Part shown: positions 1 to 13,289 of the stretch, piece by piece
Numbering within the stretch: the first letter of the stretch is position 1
Layout of the letters: every line of letters starts with the position of its first letter
Source: Isurus oxyrinchus
Lineage: Eukaryota
NCBI GenBank assembly: GCA_026770705.1
Contig: JANJGN010000020.1
Span: 86,862,001-86,926,000 of the forward strand
Direction of reading: 5' to 3'
DNA length: 64,000 nt
Made by a program: the position numbers and the translations under genes
The notes under the pieces: generated by a model
What the model saw: only the letters and a program-made list of their open reading frames with translations
What the model was told of the DNA's origin: nothing
Database searches by the model: none

Positions 1-326
1 AACTTAATTTCCCATTGTGAAAATAACTCAAAGTACAAGTCCATTAGCCTGAAGGTTGGGTAGACATTTGATTGATGCTGGTTGGTTTGCTAAATTAAGT
101 TGATTCTTGTTGAGATTAACAGCTTTTTTTAAACATTCATACGATGAGTGAAATACTTCACAACAGAGATATTAAACTGATTCTTCTGCTGAATAAATCT
201 GAGAAGCTAATTGTGAAATAAACTTATTTCAAATATTATAGTCTACATAAAGCAGAAAAATTTTTAGCAATTAAGTTGCCCCTGTAATTTCAAATAAATA
301 TACTAATATTATTGTACTAATTTGGC

Positions 327-1390
327 TTAATTGTAGGAGGCAGAGGGTGATGACAGAAGGATGCTTTAGTGACTGGAAGCCAGTGTCCAGTGGCGTACCA
401 CAGGGTTCTGTGCTGGGTCCTCTATTATTTGTTATTTATATAAACAACATAGATGACTATGTGTGGGGTAGGATTAGTAAGTTTGCGAATGACACAAAGA
501 TTGGCCGGGTGGTTAATGTTGAGTGTCTTAGGCTACAGGAAGATATAGTTGGATGGTCAAATGGGCAGATAAGTGGAAGTTGGAATTTAACCCTGAAAAC
601 TGAGGTGATACACTTTGGAAGGAGTAATTTGACAAGAAAGTATTCAATGAACGGCATGGCACTAAGAAGTTCTGAGGAAAAAAGAGACCTTGACGTGTGT
701 ATCCACAGATCTCTGAAGGCAGAGGGGCATGTTAGCGGGGTGGTGAAAAAGGCATATGGGACACTAGCCTTTATCAAGCGAGGCATAGATAACAAAAGTA
801 GGGAGGTCATGTTGGAGTTGTATAGAACCTTGGTGAGGCCATGGCTGGAGTACTGTGTGCAGTTCTGGTTGCCAAATTATAGGAAGGATGTGATTACACT
901 GGAGGGGGTGCAGAGGAGATTCACCAGGATGTTGCCTGGGATGAAACATTTAAGTTAAGAAGAGAGTTGGATAGACTTGGGTTGTTTTCGTTGGTGCAGA
1001 GAAGACTGAGGGGCGACCTGATCGAGGTGTACAAGATTATGAGGGGCATGGACAGGATGGATAGGGAGCAGCTGTTCCCCTTGGTTGAAGGGTCAGTCAC
1101 AAGAGGCATAAGTTCAAGGTGAGGGGCAAGAGGTTTAGGGAGGATGTGAGGAAAAACTTCTTTACCCAGAGGGTGGTGACAGTCCGAAATGCACTGCCTG
1201 GGAGGGTGGTGGAAGCGGGTTGCCTCACATCCTTTAAAAAGTAGCTGGATGAGCACTTGGCATGTCATAACATTCAAGGCTATGGGCCAAGTGCTGGTAA
1301 ATGGTATTAGGTAGGTAGGTCAGGTGTTTCTCACATGTCGGTGCAGACTCGATGGACCGAAGGGCCTCTTCTGCACTGTGATTCTGTAAA
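327..1390 (+). mobile_element. CR1-clade LINE, 5'-truncated 3' part (RT C-terminus + 3'UTR)
   Basis: SGVPQGSVLGPLLF..ISKFANDTK..LYRTLVRPWLEYCVQFW; CR1-type tail ctgcactgtgattctgta. Confidence 0.93.
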
Positions 1391-1834
1391 TTTATTCTTC
1401 AAACACATTTACCACATTAATCTTAAATTTCATATTGTCACCACTGTAATTTGTCCCAACTCACTTTCAGCCAAGAGACAGAATTACCCTTTCATGCTGA
1501 AAAACCTGAATGTATAATTCAACATACTGTAGTAACCTTCAAATAAAATGGCTCCTTTTTATGAAATTTAAAAAAATCACAGCTTGAATATTTTAAAAGA
1601 AAATAGTGTACACTTTTCTAATACAAATACTTTAAATGCTTCAGAGGTCAGGCTTAATATTCACAGGTCCTTTCTAGGAACACTGCATGTGGGAGTGGGG
1701 TGGCAGTAACAGCCAGGAGGAGTGTGGACAATTTTAGATGCTCCCTACACCCCTAAACCTGACTTGAGTCAGGTTGTAGAGAGATAAAGTCAGATCCTTT
1801 ACTTCACTACTTCATTTGACAGGTCAGCAATATG

Positions 1835-2388
1835 AGGTAGAATCTTGTGCCATCTCCCATAGCGTGTTTGGTGGTGGTAGTGATGGGGGGGTTGGTGGCG
1901 GCAGGGGCAGTTAATCAGACAGGATGGTGGTGGGTGGGGATCTGTCACCTTCCCCCACATCCACCCCAATGAAATCCTTGGTGGGAAGGTTTGTGGATGA
2001 CATTCCAGCCTCGGCAATTTAGGCCCTTAAGTAGGCAGAGGTATTAATTCAGTGGCAGACAAAGAGCTCACCATGCAAGGAGCACGACAAGCACACCTGT
2101 GCGGGGTTGCTTGCGGGCTCCTGTGGGTGGGGAGAAAGTGTGGTGTCCCACTCAAAGGCACTCAAGACACGGATTGAGGGACCCGGCACCAGGAAGGAGG
2201 AGGGGGAGGGCGTGGATGGTGGGGGCCACCGAGAGCCACCCCCCTGCCCTTGCTGCCGATCCACCTAAAGTCCTCCCCGACGTGAGCGGAATAAGTTGCA
2301 GCAGGACTTCCCAAAGAGGTGACCCGGGCCTCTCGCTTGTTCTCCAGCCTGCAGGTGGGACACCCTTCATCTCCACAAGATTTTGCCC
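1835..2388. mobile_element. MITE / non-autonomous DNA transposon, possibly PIF/Harbinger-like
   Basis: Imperfect TIRs ggtagaatcttgtg / cacaagattttgcc (12/14); 3-bp ATG on both flanks; GC-rich non-coding interior. Confidence 0.55.
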
Positions 2389-2639
2389 ATGTTTAACAAT
2401 GTTAGCCAAATTAATTTTACTACTCAAATAGTGAGTAGATAAACTTGAAGACACTTAAATTCACATCCCTTGCAAGCTACTGATAGTTCTACCACATATT
2501 CTACACAAATCACCTGGCCACTTTGCGCCAAGGAGGTTCCCAATTCCTGATGGCAATAGCCATCTGCTTTTACGAATGAAAATGCAATACTCTAAAGTAT
2601 GAAACTAAGGCTTTAGATCGGAACAAAACAAACAAAATG

Positions 2640-3240
2640 AATATCAAGGAAAAGTTGGCTAAGATAGACGGGGTAGCTAGATTGAAATGTATGACAGGAG
2701 ATGGCTAACAAGAAAAGATCAAATTCATAATTAGCAACAATAATACATTCATTCAAGAAATAAAAATCACATTAGAAAAGTGGCCCAATTGTGGCTAAAC
2801 AGAGGATAGTATTAGATTAAAGTGAGAGGTTTCTAACATTGCCAAAAAGGATGATTAAGAAAGTGATGAAACTAGAAAAAAACGGGATGAGTGTAAACTA
2901 GCTGGCGACAAAAAAAAAAGCACACTTAAAAGCTGAGAGTCATAATGGCACAGGAGACAGCCATTCGGCCCATCAAGCTCATGCTGTTCTCCATACAGGA
3001 AACCTGACAATCCCATTCCTCCACTCTATCCCCATGGGATGCAAGTTTATTTCACGAAAGTGTCCACCCAATTTCCTTTTAAAAATCATTGATCCTCTCT
3101 GCTTCCACTACCCTCATAGGCTGCTAGTTCCTGGTCATTAGTATCACATGAGTAAAAAGGTTCTTCTTCACATCACCTCGCTGGCATCTCTTGCCCAAAA
3201 TCTCCCTTGTACCATCAGTTAATGGGAACAGCTTTTCTTT
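2640..3240. mobile_element. Two decayed CR1 fragments (+ 2640-2900; - 3' end 2940-3240)
   Basis: Similar to other CR1 copies in the window (e.g. ggccattcggcccatc 3' tail motif). Confidence 0.6.
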
Positions 3241-3241
3241 T

Positions 3242-6200
3242 ATTATTCATTCACAGGATGTGGGCTTTGCTGGTTGGGCCAGCATTTATTGCCATCTCTA
3301 GTTGCCCTTGAGAAGGTGTTGAGGGCTGTTTTCTTGAACTGCTGCAGCTCCTGTGATGTTGGTACACCCACAGTGCTGTTACGAAGGGAGTAGTTCCAAG
3401 ATTTTGACCCAGCAACAATGAAGGAATGGCGTCATATTTCCAAATCAGGATGCTAAGTGACTTGGAGGGGAACTTCCAGGTGGTGGTGTTCCCATCTATC
3501 TGCTGCTCGTCTTTCCAGATGGTAGTGGTTGTGAGTTTGGAAGGTGCTGTCGAAGGAGCCTTGGTGAATTCTTGCAGTGCATCTTGTAGATGCTACACAC
3601 TGCCGCTACTATGCGTCGGTGGTGGAGGGATTGAATATTTGTGGCTATGGTGCCAATCAAATGGGTTGCTTTGTCCTGGACGATGGTCAAGCTTCTCGAG
3701 TGTTGTGGGAGCTGCACTCGTCCAGGCAAGTGGAGAGTAGTCCATCACACTCCTGACGTGTGCCTTGCAGATGGACAGGCTTTGGGGGGCAGGGGATCAG
3801 GTGGAGAGTTACTCATCGCACGATTCCTAGCCTCTGACCTGCTTTTGTAGCCACAGTATTTATGTGGCCAGTCCACTTCGGTTTCTGGTCAATGTTAACC
3901 TCCGGATATTGATAGTGGGGGATTCAGTGATGGTAATGCCATTGAACATCAAGGGGCAATGGTGAGATTCTCTCTTGTTGGAGATGGTCATTGTGTGACA
4001 CTTGTGTGGCGCGAATGTTACTTGCCACTTGTCAGCCCAAGCCTGGATATTGTCCAGGCTTTGCTGCATTGGGACATGACCTGCTTCAGTATCTGAGGAG
4101 TTGCGAATGGTGATGATTATTGTGCAATGATCAGCAAACATCCCCACTTCTGACCTTATGATGGAAGGAAGGTCATTAATGAAGCAGTTGAAGAAGGTTG
4201 GGCCTAGGACACTACCCTGAGGAACTCCTGCAGTGATGTCCTGGAGCTGAGATGACTGACCTCCAACTGCCACAACCATCTTCCTTTGTGCTAGGTATGA
4301 CTCCAACCAACATAGAGTTTTCCTCCTGATTCCCACTGATTCCAGTTTTGCTTGGGAACCTTGATGCCACACTTGATCAAATGCTGCCTTCATGTCAAGG
4401 GCAGTCACTCTCACCTCACCTGTGGAGTTCAGCTCTTTTGCCCATGTTTGAACCAAGGCTGTAATGAGGTCAGGAGCTGAGTGGCCTCGGCAGAACCCAA
4501 ACTGGGCATCAGTGATCAGGTTACTGCTAAACAAGTGCTGCTTGATAGAACTGTTGATGACCCCTTCCATTATTGATGAACGAGAGTAGACTGATGGGGC
4601 TGTAGTTGGCCCGGTTGGATTTGTCCTACTTTTTGTGTCCTATTTTTTGTATGTCCTACCCACCTGGGCAATTTTCCACATAGCCAGGCAGATGCCAGTG
4701 TTGTAGCTGTACAGAGACAGCTTGGCTAGGGGCATGACAAGTTCTGGAGCACAATTCTTCTGTACTATTGCTGGAATGTTGTGAGGGCCCATAGCCTTTG
4801 AAGTATCCAGTGCCTTCAGCCGTCTTTTGATATCACGTGGAGTGAATCCAATTGGCTGAAGACTGGCACCTGTGATGTTGGGGACCTCCAGAGGAGGCCG
4901 AAATGGATCATCTACTTAGCACTTCTGGCTGAAGATTGTTGCGAATGCTTCAGCCTTATCTTTTGCACTGCTGTGCTGGGCTCCTCCATCATTGAGGATG
5001 GGGATACTTGTGGAGCCTCCTCCACCAGTGAGTTGTTTAATTGTCCACCACCATTCATGACAGTATGTGGCAGGACTGCAGAGCTTAGATCTGAACCGTT
5101 GGTTGTGGAATCGCATAGTTATGTCTATCACTTAACAAAAACAGAATTACCTGGAAAAACTCAGCAGGTCTGGCAGCATCGGTGGAGAAGAAAAGAGCTG
5201 ATGTTTCGAGTCCTCATGACCCTTCAACAGAACTAGGTGAATCCAAACGTTTCAGTACAGCTACAACAACTGCTGAGTTTTTCCAGGTAATTCTGTTTTT
5301 GTTTTGGATTTCCAGCATCCGCAGTTTTTTTGTTTTTATGTCTATCACTTGCTGCTTATGCTGTTTAGCATGCAAGTAGTCCTGTGTTTTTGCTTTACCA
5401 GGTTGATACCTCTTTTTTTTTTAAAAAAGGTATGCCTGGTGCTGCTTCTGGCATGCCTCCCGTATTCTTCATTGAACCAGGGTTGATCCCCTGGCTAGAT
5501 GGTAATGGTAGAGTGGGGGATATGTCGGGCCATGATGTTACAGATTGTATTCGAGTACAATTCTGCTGCTACTGATGGCCCACAGCGCCTCATGGATGCC
5601 TTGAGTTGCTAGATCTGTTCGAAATCTATCCTATTTAATGCGGCGGTAGTGCCACACAACACTATAGAGGGTATCCTCAATGTGAAGGTGGGACTTTGTC
5701 TCCACAATGACTGTACGGTGGTCACCCCTACTGATACTGTCATGGACAGATGTATCTGTGGTAGGCAGGTTGGTGAGGATGAGGTGAAGTATGTTTTTTC
5801 CCCTCTTTTTGGTTCCCTCACCACCTGCCGCAGACCCAGTTTAGCAGCTATGTCATTTAGGATTTGGCCAGCTACCGAGCCACTCTTGGTAATGGTCATT
5901 GAAGTCCCCCACCCAGAGTACATTCTACGCTCTTGCCACACTCAGTGCTTCCTCCAAGTAGTGTTCAACATAGAGGAGCACTACTTCCTCAGCTGAAGGA
6001 GGGCAGTACGTGGTAATCGGCAGGAGGTTTCCTTGCCCATGTTTGACTTGATGCCATGAGACTTCATGTGGTCCGGGGTCGATGTTGAGGACTCCCAAGC
6101 TAACTCTCTCCTGACTGTATCTCACTGTGCCACCACCTTTGCTGGGTCTGTCCTGCCGGTGGGACAGGGCATACCAAGGGATAGTGATGATGGTGTCTGG

Positions 6201-6720
6201 GGCATGATCTGTAAGATATGATTCCATGAGGATGCCTATGTCAGGCTGTTGCTTGACAAGTCTGTGAGACAGCTCTCCCAATTTTGGCACTAGCCCCCAG
6301 AAGTTGGTCAGGAGGACCATTCATGGTCAACAGAGCTGAAACTGCCGTTGTTGTTTCCGGTGCCTAGGTTGACACTGGGTGGTCCGTCAAGTTTCATTCC
6401 TTTTTTTGTGACTTTGTAGTGATTTGATACAACTGAGTGGCTTGCTGGGCCATTTCAGAGGGCAATTAAGAATCAACCACATTGCTGTGGTTCTGGAGTC
6501 ACATGTTGGCCAGACCAGGTAAGGATGACAGATTTCCTTCCCTAAAGGACATTAGCGAACAACAATTGACAATAGTTTCATGGTCATTATTAGACTTTTA
6601 ATTCCAGGTTTTTATTGAATTCAAATTTCACTATCTGCTGTGGCGGATCCCCCAGATCATTATCCTGGGTCTCTGGGTTACTAGTCCAGGAACAATACCA
6701 CTACACCATTGCCTCCCCAT
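3242..6720 (-). mobile_element. Near full-length single-ORF non-LTR retrotransposon (APE endonuclease + RT; CR1/L2-related, 'family B') with tRNA-like 5' head; decayed and interrupted by a Penelope module
   Basis: APE start (GLVPKLGELSHRLVKQQPDI..ESYL..HRQDRPSKGGG); RT (QFGF..ALDMKAAFDQVWHQG..GVPQGSVLGP..FADHCT); 3' end GGCAATAAATGCTGGCC..CCCACATCCTGTGAATGAAT. Confidence 0.9.
5134..5337. mobile_element. Penelope-like terminal module, inverted arrangement, 13-bp TSD
   Basis: TSD atgtctatcactt at 5121-5133 and 5338-5350; arms are reverse-complement copies of the same repeat as 62951-63988. Confidence 0.85.
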
Positions 6721-6729
6721 TGTCTACCT

Positions 6730-7560
6730 CACCTAAAATGATCACAATCTTGTACAACTCTATAACCCATCTTCCAAAAATCTAGTTTGCTCCATGGAGA
6801 ATAACTTCAGCTTCATCAATCTAACCTTGTAACTAAAATTCCTTATCCTTTAAAATCTCCTCTGCACCCTCTCAAGGGTAAAGTGAGGTGACCAGAACTG
6901 AAGGTCCTTAGTTGTGGCCTAACCAGAGCTTTATACAGGTTCAGCATAACTCCCCTGCTTTAGTGCTAAATATATTTATGGGACCCAAGACCCCCTATGC
7001 TTTACTAATTACTTTCTCAATATGTCCTGCCATCTTCAAAGATATATCCACACGAACCCTCAGGTTCCTCTGTTCCTGCACACTCTTTAGAACTGTGCCA
7101 TTTAGTCTATATTGCCTCTCCTTATCCCTTCTGCCAAAATGCATCACCTCACACTACTCTATATTAAATTTCCTCTGCCACTTGGCTGCCCATTCTGCTA
7201 TCCTATCTATGTTCAGTTGCAGTCAACTGTTAACATTCTCACTTTTTGCCACACCTCCAAATTTGGTTCCATCTGTAAATTTTGAAATTTTAATCTGTAT
7301 TCCTGTATCCAAGTCATATGTCAAAAAAGCAGTGGTCCTAGTACTGACCCTTGGGAAACACCACTGTCTACCATCCTCCAGGCTGAAAAATAACTGTTTA
7401 CCATGGCTTGCTGTTTTTCATCCTTAAGCCAATTTTTTATTCAAGCTAACACTTACCCTTCTATTTCATGAGGCCATTTTGTTCACCAGCCTTTTGTGTG
7501 TGTGCTTTGTCGAATGCTTTTTAAAATCCATATAGGTTACATACATTGCTTTCCTTTCAT
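6730..7560 (-). mobile_element. Decayed CR1 RT fragment
   Basis: Reverse complement of the CR1 RT region (ctgccaaaatgcatcacctcacac etc.). Confidence 0.8.
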
Positions 7561-8459
7561 CAGCCTTGTGTTAGTTCATAATCTGCTTTATTTACCATTC
7601 ACTGCATTTAGCAAGCAAATCACATTAGAACAAATATGCCCGCTACAAGCAATGGAGACAGCGTTCATTTTTGAAGTAAGTCTTTGTTTCCAGAATGTCA
7701 AAATTGAAAATGAGAAACACATATCATAAGGTGCTCTAAAGAAATGCTCTTTATGATTGCTATGTTTCAAATAGTCTTATTAACACTAAGATTTGATCTA
7801 CGACAATGTACTGGAGGAACAGCTCAGTCTGCCAAAGCATCTATCCCTTCTTTATAACTTTGATTCCCATTGCACTATGTAAATTATTTGTATTGAACAC
7901 CAGTTTTTAAATTCTATGGAATGTATGTTATAAAGCTCCTGACTGCTCATTAATAAAACAGCCCCTTGTCGCACTAACCATTTATGAGATGCCGATTGTC
8001 AGCAGAAGAGGCAATTAAACGAAGAACAGCTGGATAAACAGTCTAACATGTCATTAATACTCTCAGCCCAAAAGAGTTATCCTGCAAGTACCCACTTCTC
8101 CCCATCTTTCTGACCAGGAAAGCACTGATCACCAACAGGAGAACAGTAACAACAGCTGTGATTGAAACAATACTTTGCAGTTAAGCAAAATCCCTATTTG
8201 TAATTTGAACTGGTGGTCAAGGAGATAGATGAAAGCTGAGACCATGATAAGAAAGAATGGGAAAAATAATGATTTTTCGTCTAGTTCTGTCATCACACCT
8301 CAAATACACATGAACTGTTCTCCTCTAAAAGTGAAGGAGAAATATCGAAAGTTGGACATGAAACATAAGTTGTGAAAAAAATGGCACATGCAAATATTAA
8401 ATATTAACTGCTAAACAAATAAGGAACTATGAAGTAAATTTTATTACAGATGTATCAAA

Positions 8460-8925
8460 TTACTTCAAGAGAGGGTGCAGAAAGATTTATTGAAGTGGTA
8501 TCAGCGATGACAGACTTCAGTCATGTAGGGAGACGAGAGAAGCCAGGATTATTATCCTCACAGCAGAGAGGGTAAAGGGATATTTAATTAAAATTTTCAA
8601 AATTATAATGTGCTTTGATTTCTACTGGGAGGTGGTGTGCAACCAGAGGACTTGAAGTAATTGGCAAAGGATTGGGTGGTAGAAGATGAGAAAAAATTTT
8701 ACACAGTAAATTGTGGTGATCTGGAATACACTGCTTGAAAAGGTAGTGGAAGCAGATTTAAGGTTAACTTTCAAAAGGTAATTGGATATACTCGAAAGGA
8801 AAGCACTGCAAGGCTACTGGAAAAGAGCAGGGGAATGGGATGAATTGACTAGCTCATTCAAATAACCAGCTCAGGCATAATGGGCTGATTGACCTTGCTC
8901 TGTGCTGTAAGCTACTGTAATTCTG
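8460..8925 (+). mobile_element. Decayed CR1 3' end
   Basis: gagagggtgcagaaagattt ... ctctgtgctgtaa tail. Confidence 0.75.
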
Positions 8926-9706
8926 CTCAGGACAGAAAGTTTACAGTGTGATTAAGAAGTTGAATTTACTGCAGTAATGATCTTATTGACAAGATGAAGC
9001 CTTGAGATGATAAAAACATAAAAGTTCTGCTGACATTGGGTTGAGATAATATTCATTTAAAGTGATGCAAAACCAATAGGTTCAAATTATTATGTCAATT
9101 TCACATCACTCATTAGGAATAATGGGTTTCTGGCATGTAGGCAAGAAATTATCCACTGATGCCCAATACTAGCATCCAAATGTCAGTTCAATTATCATGC
9201 TATCAAAGAACTGACAGGATTTTAGTTATTTAAACAATAAGGAGTTAATTTTAAATGCTCCCAAGTAAAATACTGAAACTACATAGTAGCTTTTAAGTTT
9301 AATTATGCACAACTCCAGTTACACGAGTCAGTGAAAAGCTAGAGGTGTAAACAGATTAAGCACTGGTTGGAAATCTCACAACCAAATTATATTAAAAAGC
9401 TTACATTGTTATAAACCTGAAGCTATTCACATGACTCAAAATGCACAGTAAATCTATTTCACAATGTTTAGAGCAATTAACTTTGTACAAATCACAGTTA
9501 AAACCTGGGAACATTTTGGATTGCAAAGCTCAGGTTTACAACAAGAAGCACATATTCAACAATTTAAAATCTTTCACAATAACTAGCCTACCAAAAAATC
9601 CCCCAAGCCATTCAGCAGCCAAAAATTTCAATAATTTGGTGATTTTTCAAAACTTTTTCCAGTTATAAAAGAACATTCAGGTATGAGACCTCTGGCAACA
9701 ATGCTT

Positions 9707-10443
9707 TGTTACAAATAAGAGATTTATTAAATGGTCATGTTTTAAACTGTCTTTTTTTGATTTAAGCTAAAAAAGGATATCCTGAAGAGAGGGATGGTGA
9801 TCATCCTGAACTCTGCCTGGGGGGCAAGCCCCATGTGATTCAGTAGCCATTGTGCCAGAGGCCCAGGTTGGAACCCATAGAAATTAGAGTGTCATTTTTC
9901 ACACCCTGATACAGGAGAGGTGCAGCTGGTCTCTCTAGGCACAGAATCACAGTCTCAGAGATCTGCAGTGGGAGGAAGGAGCAGAATACTGGTCTTCTGT
10001 TTGAAGAGATGGAACTTGTGGACAATTAAGAATCAAAAAGAGTTGCCAGAGGGTCACTTGCCTCTCCAAGTCAATTTGATGAAACTCAGAAGGGACTTCC
10101 AGAAAGGAAAACTAACCCTGACGTGGCAGGGAGAAGGGAGCCTGCTGAAATGCCAGGAGGGATTTGGACTTTATCTACAATGCTACATATCTGCTGAGGT
10201 TGTGGCATAATGTAGAAACATGGCATGGGGTTTTTGGTTATGTTAATTTGTTAATGGGGAAATTGTCTTTTCTACAGTTTAGTGTACTAGTTGCCTACTA
10301 AGTAATGCTGAGTTGATGTTGATTTTAGTTTGTGGCAGTAAAAGTCATAAAACATGAAATATTGTCATGCAATGCTTTCTGTCAGTAGCTGGAAAATTCA
10401 TCTCTCTTTTTAAAAGTTGTTGATCTCTGTGGGGATCATAACA
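9707..10443 (+). mobile_element. Possible solo LTR
   Basis: tgtta...tcataaca termini, same 3' terminus as the 46570-47414 solo LTR; no clean TSD. Confidence 0.35.
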
Positions 10444-10813
10444 GTGTGCTTTTGAGAAATTCAGGATTTTGGTCTTCTGGGATCCTACTGTAACAAATAT
10501 TTAGACTAAGAAACAAATTATAAACGTCCCAATTACACTCTTATTATCTAAAGAAGTCAGCTCTTAATTTGCATCTCCCTCTGGTTGAAACAAATTTTTC
10601 AACCGTTTGCAAATTTTGTGAAGAAATAAAACCCACTACGATCTAATCAGGAAGGCAAGTTGAAGACAAGCTTTGTGAAAGTTCAAAACAATGTCTCATT
10701 ATGTCTCAGATAGCTGATTGCTTGTATTTATAGCTGGGCAAATTTGTTTAATGTTCTTCTACTGTTGTTGCCAAAGACAAAAATGCCTTGAAAATACCGC
10801 TTTCTTCACCTAC

Positions 10814-10875
10814 CTGTAATCGGATGGTCTGTTTCCTGAATGCTCCTCTCTAGGCCATCTGGAATTTTCATCATC
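10814..10875 (-). CDS. PPHLN1: Periphilin-1 coding exon 3 (DDENSRWPREEHSGNRPSDY-R)
   Basis: Acceptor ttcatccag|GAT, donor AG|gtaggt; 62 nt. Resembles human GDESGYRWTRDDHSASRQPEYR (recalled). No further exon found in 1-10800, so the gene probably continues left of the window. Confidence 0.88.
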
Positions 10876-12504
10876 CTGGATGAATTTTATGAAAAGAAAT
10901 AAAGATTGAAAAAATCTAGAACATCATGGCCACAACTTGAAATAAACGTCATAGCATGATACACATTCGGAATATTTTTAACCCAACGAACGGGTAGGGT
11001 TGGATTGAATGGCAAGTTAAAATATAAAAATTTCAAACCCATCTTGAACCCTCCCACTTCAGCCTTTATCAGAGGTGGGGCGGGTTAGGTAAGACATCTT
11101 TCAATCAGAAAGGCGGGTCCCTGACTTAAATGTTTTAATGAAGCTGTATGCCTAAGATTTTCATCTTTTTTCTATCATTTACACAGGCTGGCTGACTTTC
11201 CTAGGCCTCAAGAAGCTTGCATTAAAAGGAAGACGACAACTGCTGGATGAAGCAGACTAACTGCTTTTCTCGTGGGTGTGGAGGAACAGCAACTTTCCCC
11301 GGGCTACAATCATCTCTACAGCCACCCTCTACAAACTTTTCTACAACTATAAAAACAATTATCTGCATATTATCACAGCACAATTAGCTTATGCTTAATT
11401 CCTCAGCATCGCTATTTGCATTTCCTGCATCCTCCCCAGCATCTCAACCCCAATCTTCTCCCCAACCTGCAATCACTCTGGGCATCTCCCACCAAGTACC
11501 TCCCTCCTACACCCTCCCTCTCTGTGGCCTGGTGCCTGGGGTCTACGTGCCTGACAACCTGTCAGCCTCTCAATCTGGTTGGCTGCACCCTAACCTCACA
11601 CCCACCATTTTCTTATTGGTTTGGAGGTCATTATTTAGATTTTATTCTAATCAATTACAATGCCCAGGATAAAATGATAATAAAACATATACAAGATTTA
11701 TTAATGAGAAAATCCAGAGAAATTATACACATTTTCTTCATGTTAAACAAAATCTGAGTTATGTTAAAACTCAACACTCAGAACTAGCAAGTTTCCCCAA
11801 TACCCCAGCAAAAGGCACTTTTACTTAAGCCTGGACAGCAGGGATATTTTGAACCAAGTGAGAAGTCGTCTCGTCATCAGTTACATGCCTGTCCCTTCAG
11901 AGAGTCAGCCTGGTCAGTTAATGATTTGCAATGTCTTAAAATGCTACAGAGAGCTACCTGACTTAATATCTAAATTCTAGGCTTCCTAAATTCTATCCTG
12001 GAGCCAACTTGATACTAAATAGACTTCCTTTACACACAAACTTGCCTACATGAGGATTTTTCACCAGATGATCTTTTGACAATGAGCACAGGTTTTAGCC
12101 CTTGAAAGGTGGAAAAAGCTGACAAAAGTCAAGAAAATTCAGTGTACAAACAGAGAAGAAATTATAAAATCAATGCACATTTTAGGCTTTAAAGGAGTTA
12201 AAGGTACTGTAATTGGCACCAATGCCACATTGAGAAAAAGGTCTGAAGTATGTTTGCATATTCATTTTAGAGCAATAGTTGCAAGTAAACAAGTGATTGT
12301 TTTTTTGCCTCCTCTCTTTAGAAGTTCAGTTTATGATTATTCTTGTAAAACTTGATGTAACTAAGAGCATTACTGAATGAGACTTGACACAGCTCTGTGC
12401 TCAAATGGATAAAGATAATGCGTCTGAAACTATGACATTTCAAACAAGAAAACACAATGGATTAAAAAAACTGCAGAAAACAAAGGACTTTTACAAACAT
12501 TTAT

Positions 12505-13285
12505 TACAGCCTTGGTCCAAACAAGGCCAAAAGAACTGAATATCAGAGGTGAGGTGAGAGTGACTGCCCTCAACATCAAGGCAGTATTTGACCAAGTTTG
12601 GCATCAGTGAGCCCTGGTAAAATGTAAGTCAACAGAAATCATAGGGTAAGGCTTTCCACAGCTAGAACAATACCTAGCACAAGGAAGGCAAATGTGGTTG
12701 TTGAAAACCAACCATCTCAGACCCAGGACACAGCTGCAAGCATTCCTCAGTAACCGAAGAACAACTATCTTCAGCTGCTTCATCAATGGCCTCCCCTCCA
12801 TCATAAAGTCAGAAGAGGGGAAATTCACTGATAATTAACAATGTGCTCAGTTCGATTCACAATTCTCCAGGTAACGAAACAGCCTGTTTCCACATGCCGC
12901 AAGATTTGGATAGCACTTTGGCTTGGACTGAGAAGAGACAAAGCAACATTCACACTACACAAGTGTCAGGCAATGACCATCTCCAAAAAAGAGTGTGTCG
13001 AACTACTTCTCCTTGACATTCAATGGCACTACCATCATTAATTCCAGACGATCAATAGCCTGGGAATCACCATTGACCAGAAACGCAACTGGATCAGCTA
13101 CATAAATACTGCAGTTACAAGAACAGGTTAGAGGCTGGGCATTCTGCATCAAGTGACTCATCTCCTGCCTCCCCAAAGCCTTTCCATCATCTATAAGGCA
13201 CAAATCAGGACAGTAATGGAATACTCCCCATTTGCTTTATAAGTGCAGCTCCAACAACATAAGAAGCTCAACATTATCCAGGACA
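12505..13285 (+). mobile_element. Family B LINE RT fragment
   Basis: gaggtgaggtgagagtgactgccctcaacatcaaggcag etc., homologous to the reverse complement of 3700-4460. Confidence 0.85.
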
Positions 13286-13289
13286 AGAT

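Noticed and set aside
347-958. 203-aa RT ORF (and the 236-aa ORF at 3860-4570) as functional reverse transcriptases
   Set aside because: Truncated and frameshifted, with altered catalytic motifs (FAND, FADH instead of FADD).
1-10800. Further PPHLN1 exons (RS-rich SPHSRSGSS region)
   Set aside because: No matching open frame with splice sites found by eye; probably outside the window, though a diverged exon could have been missed.
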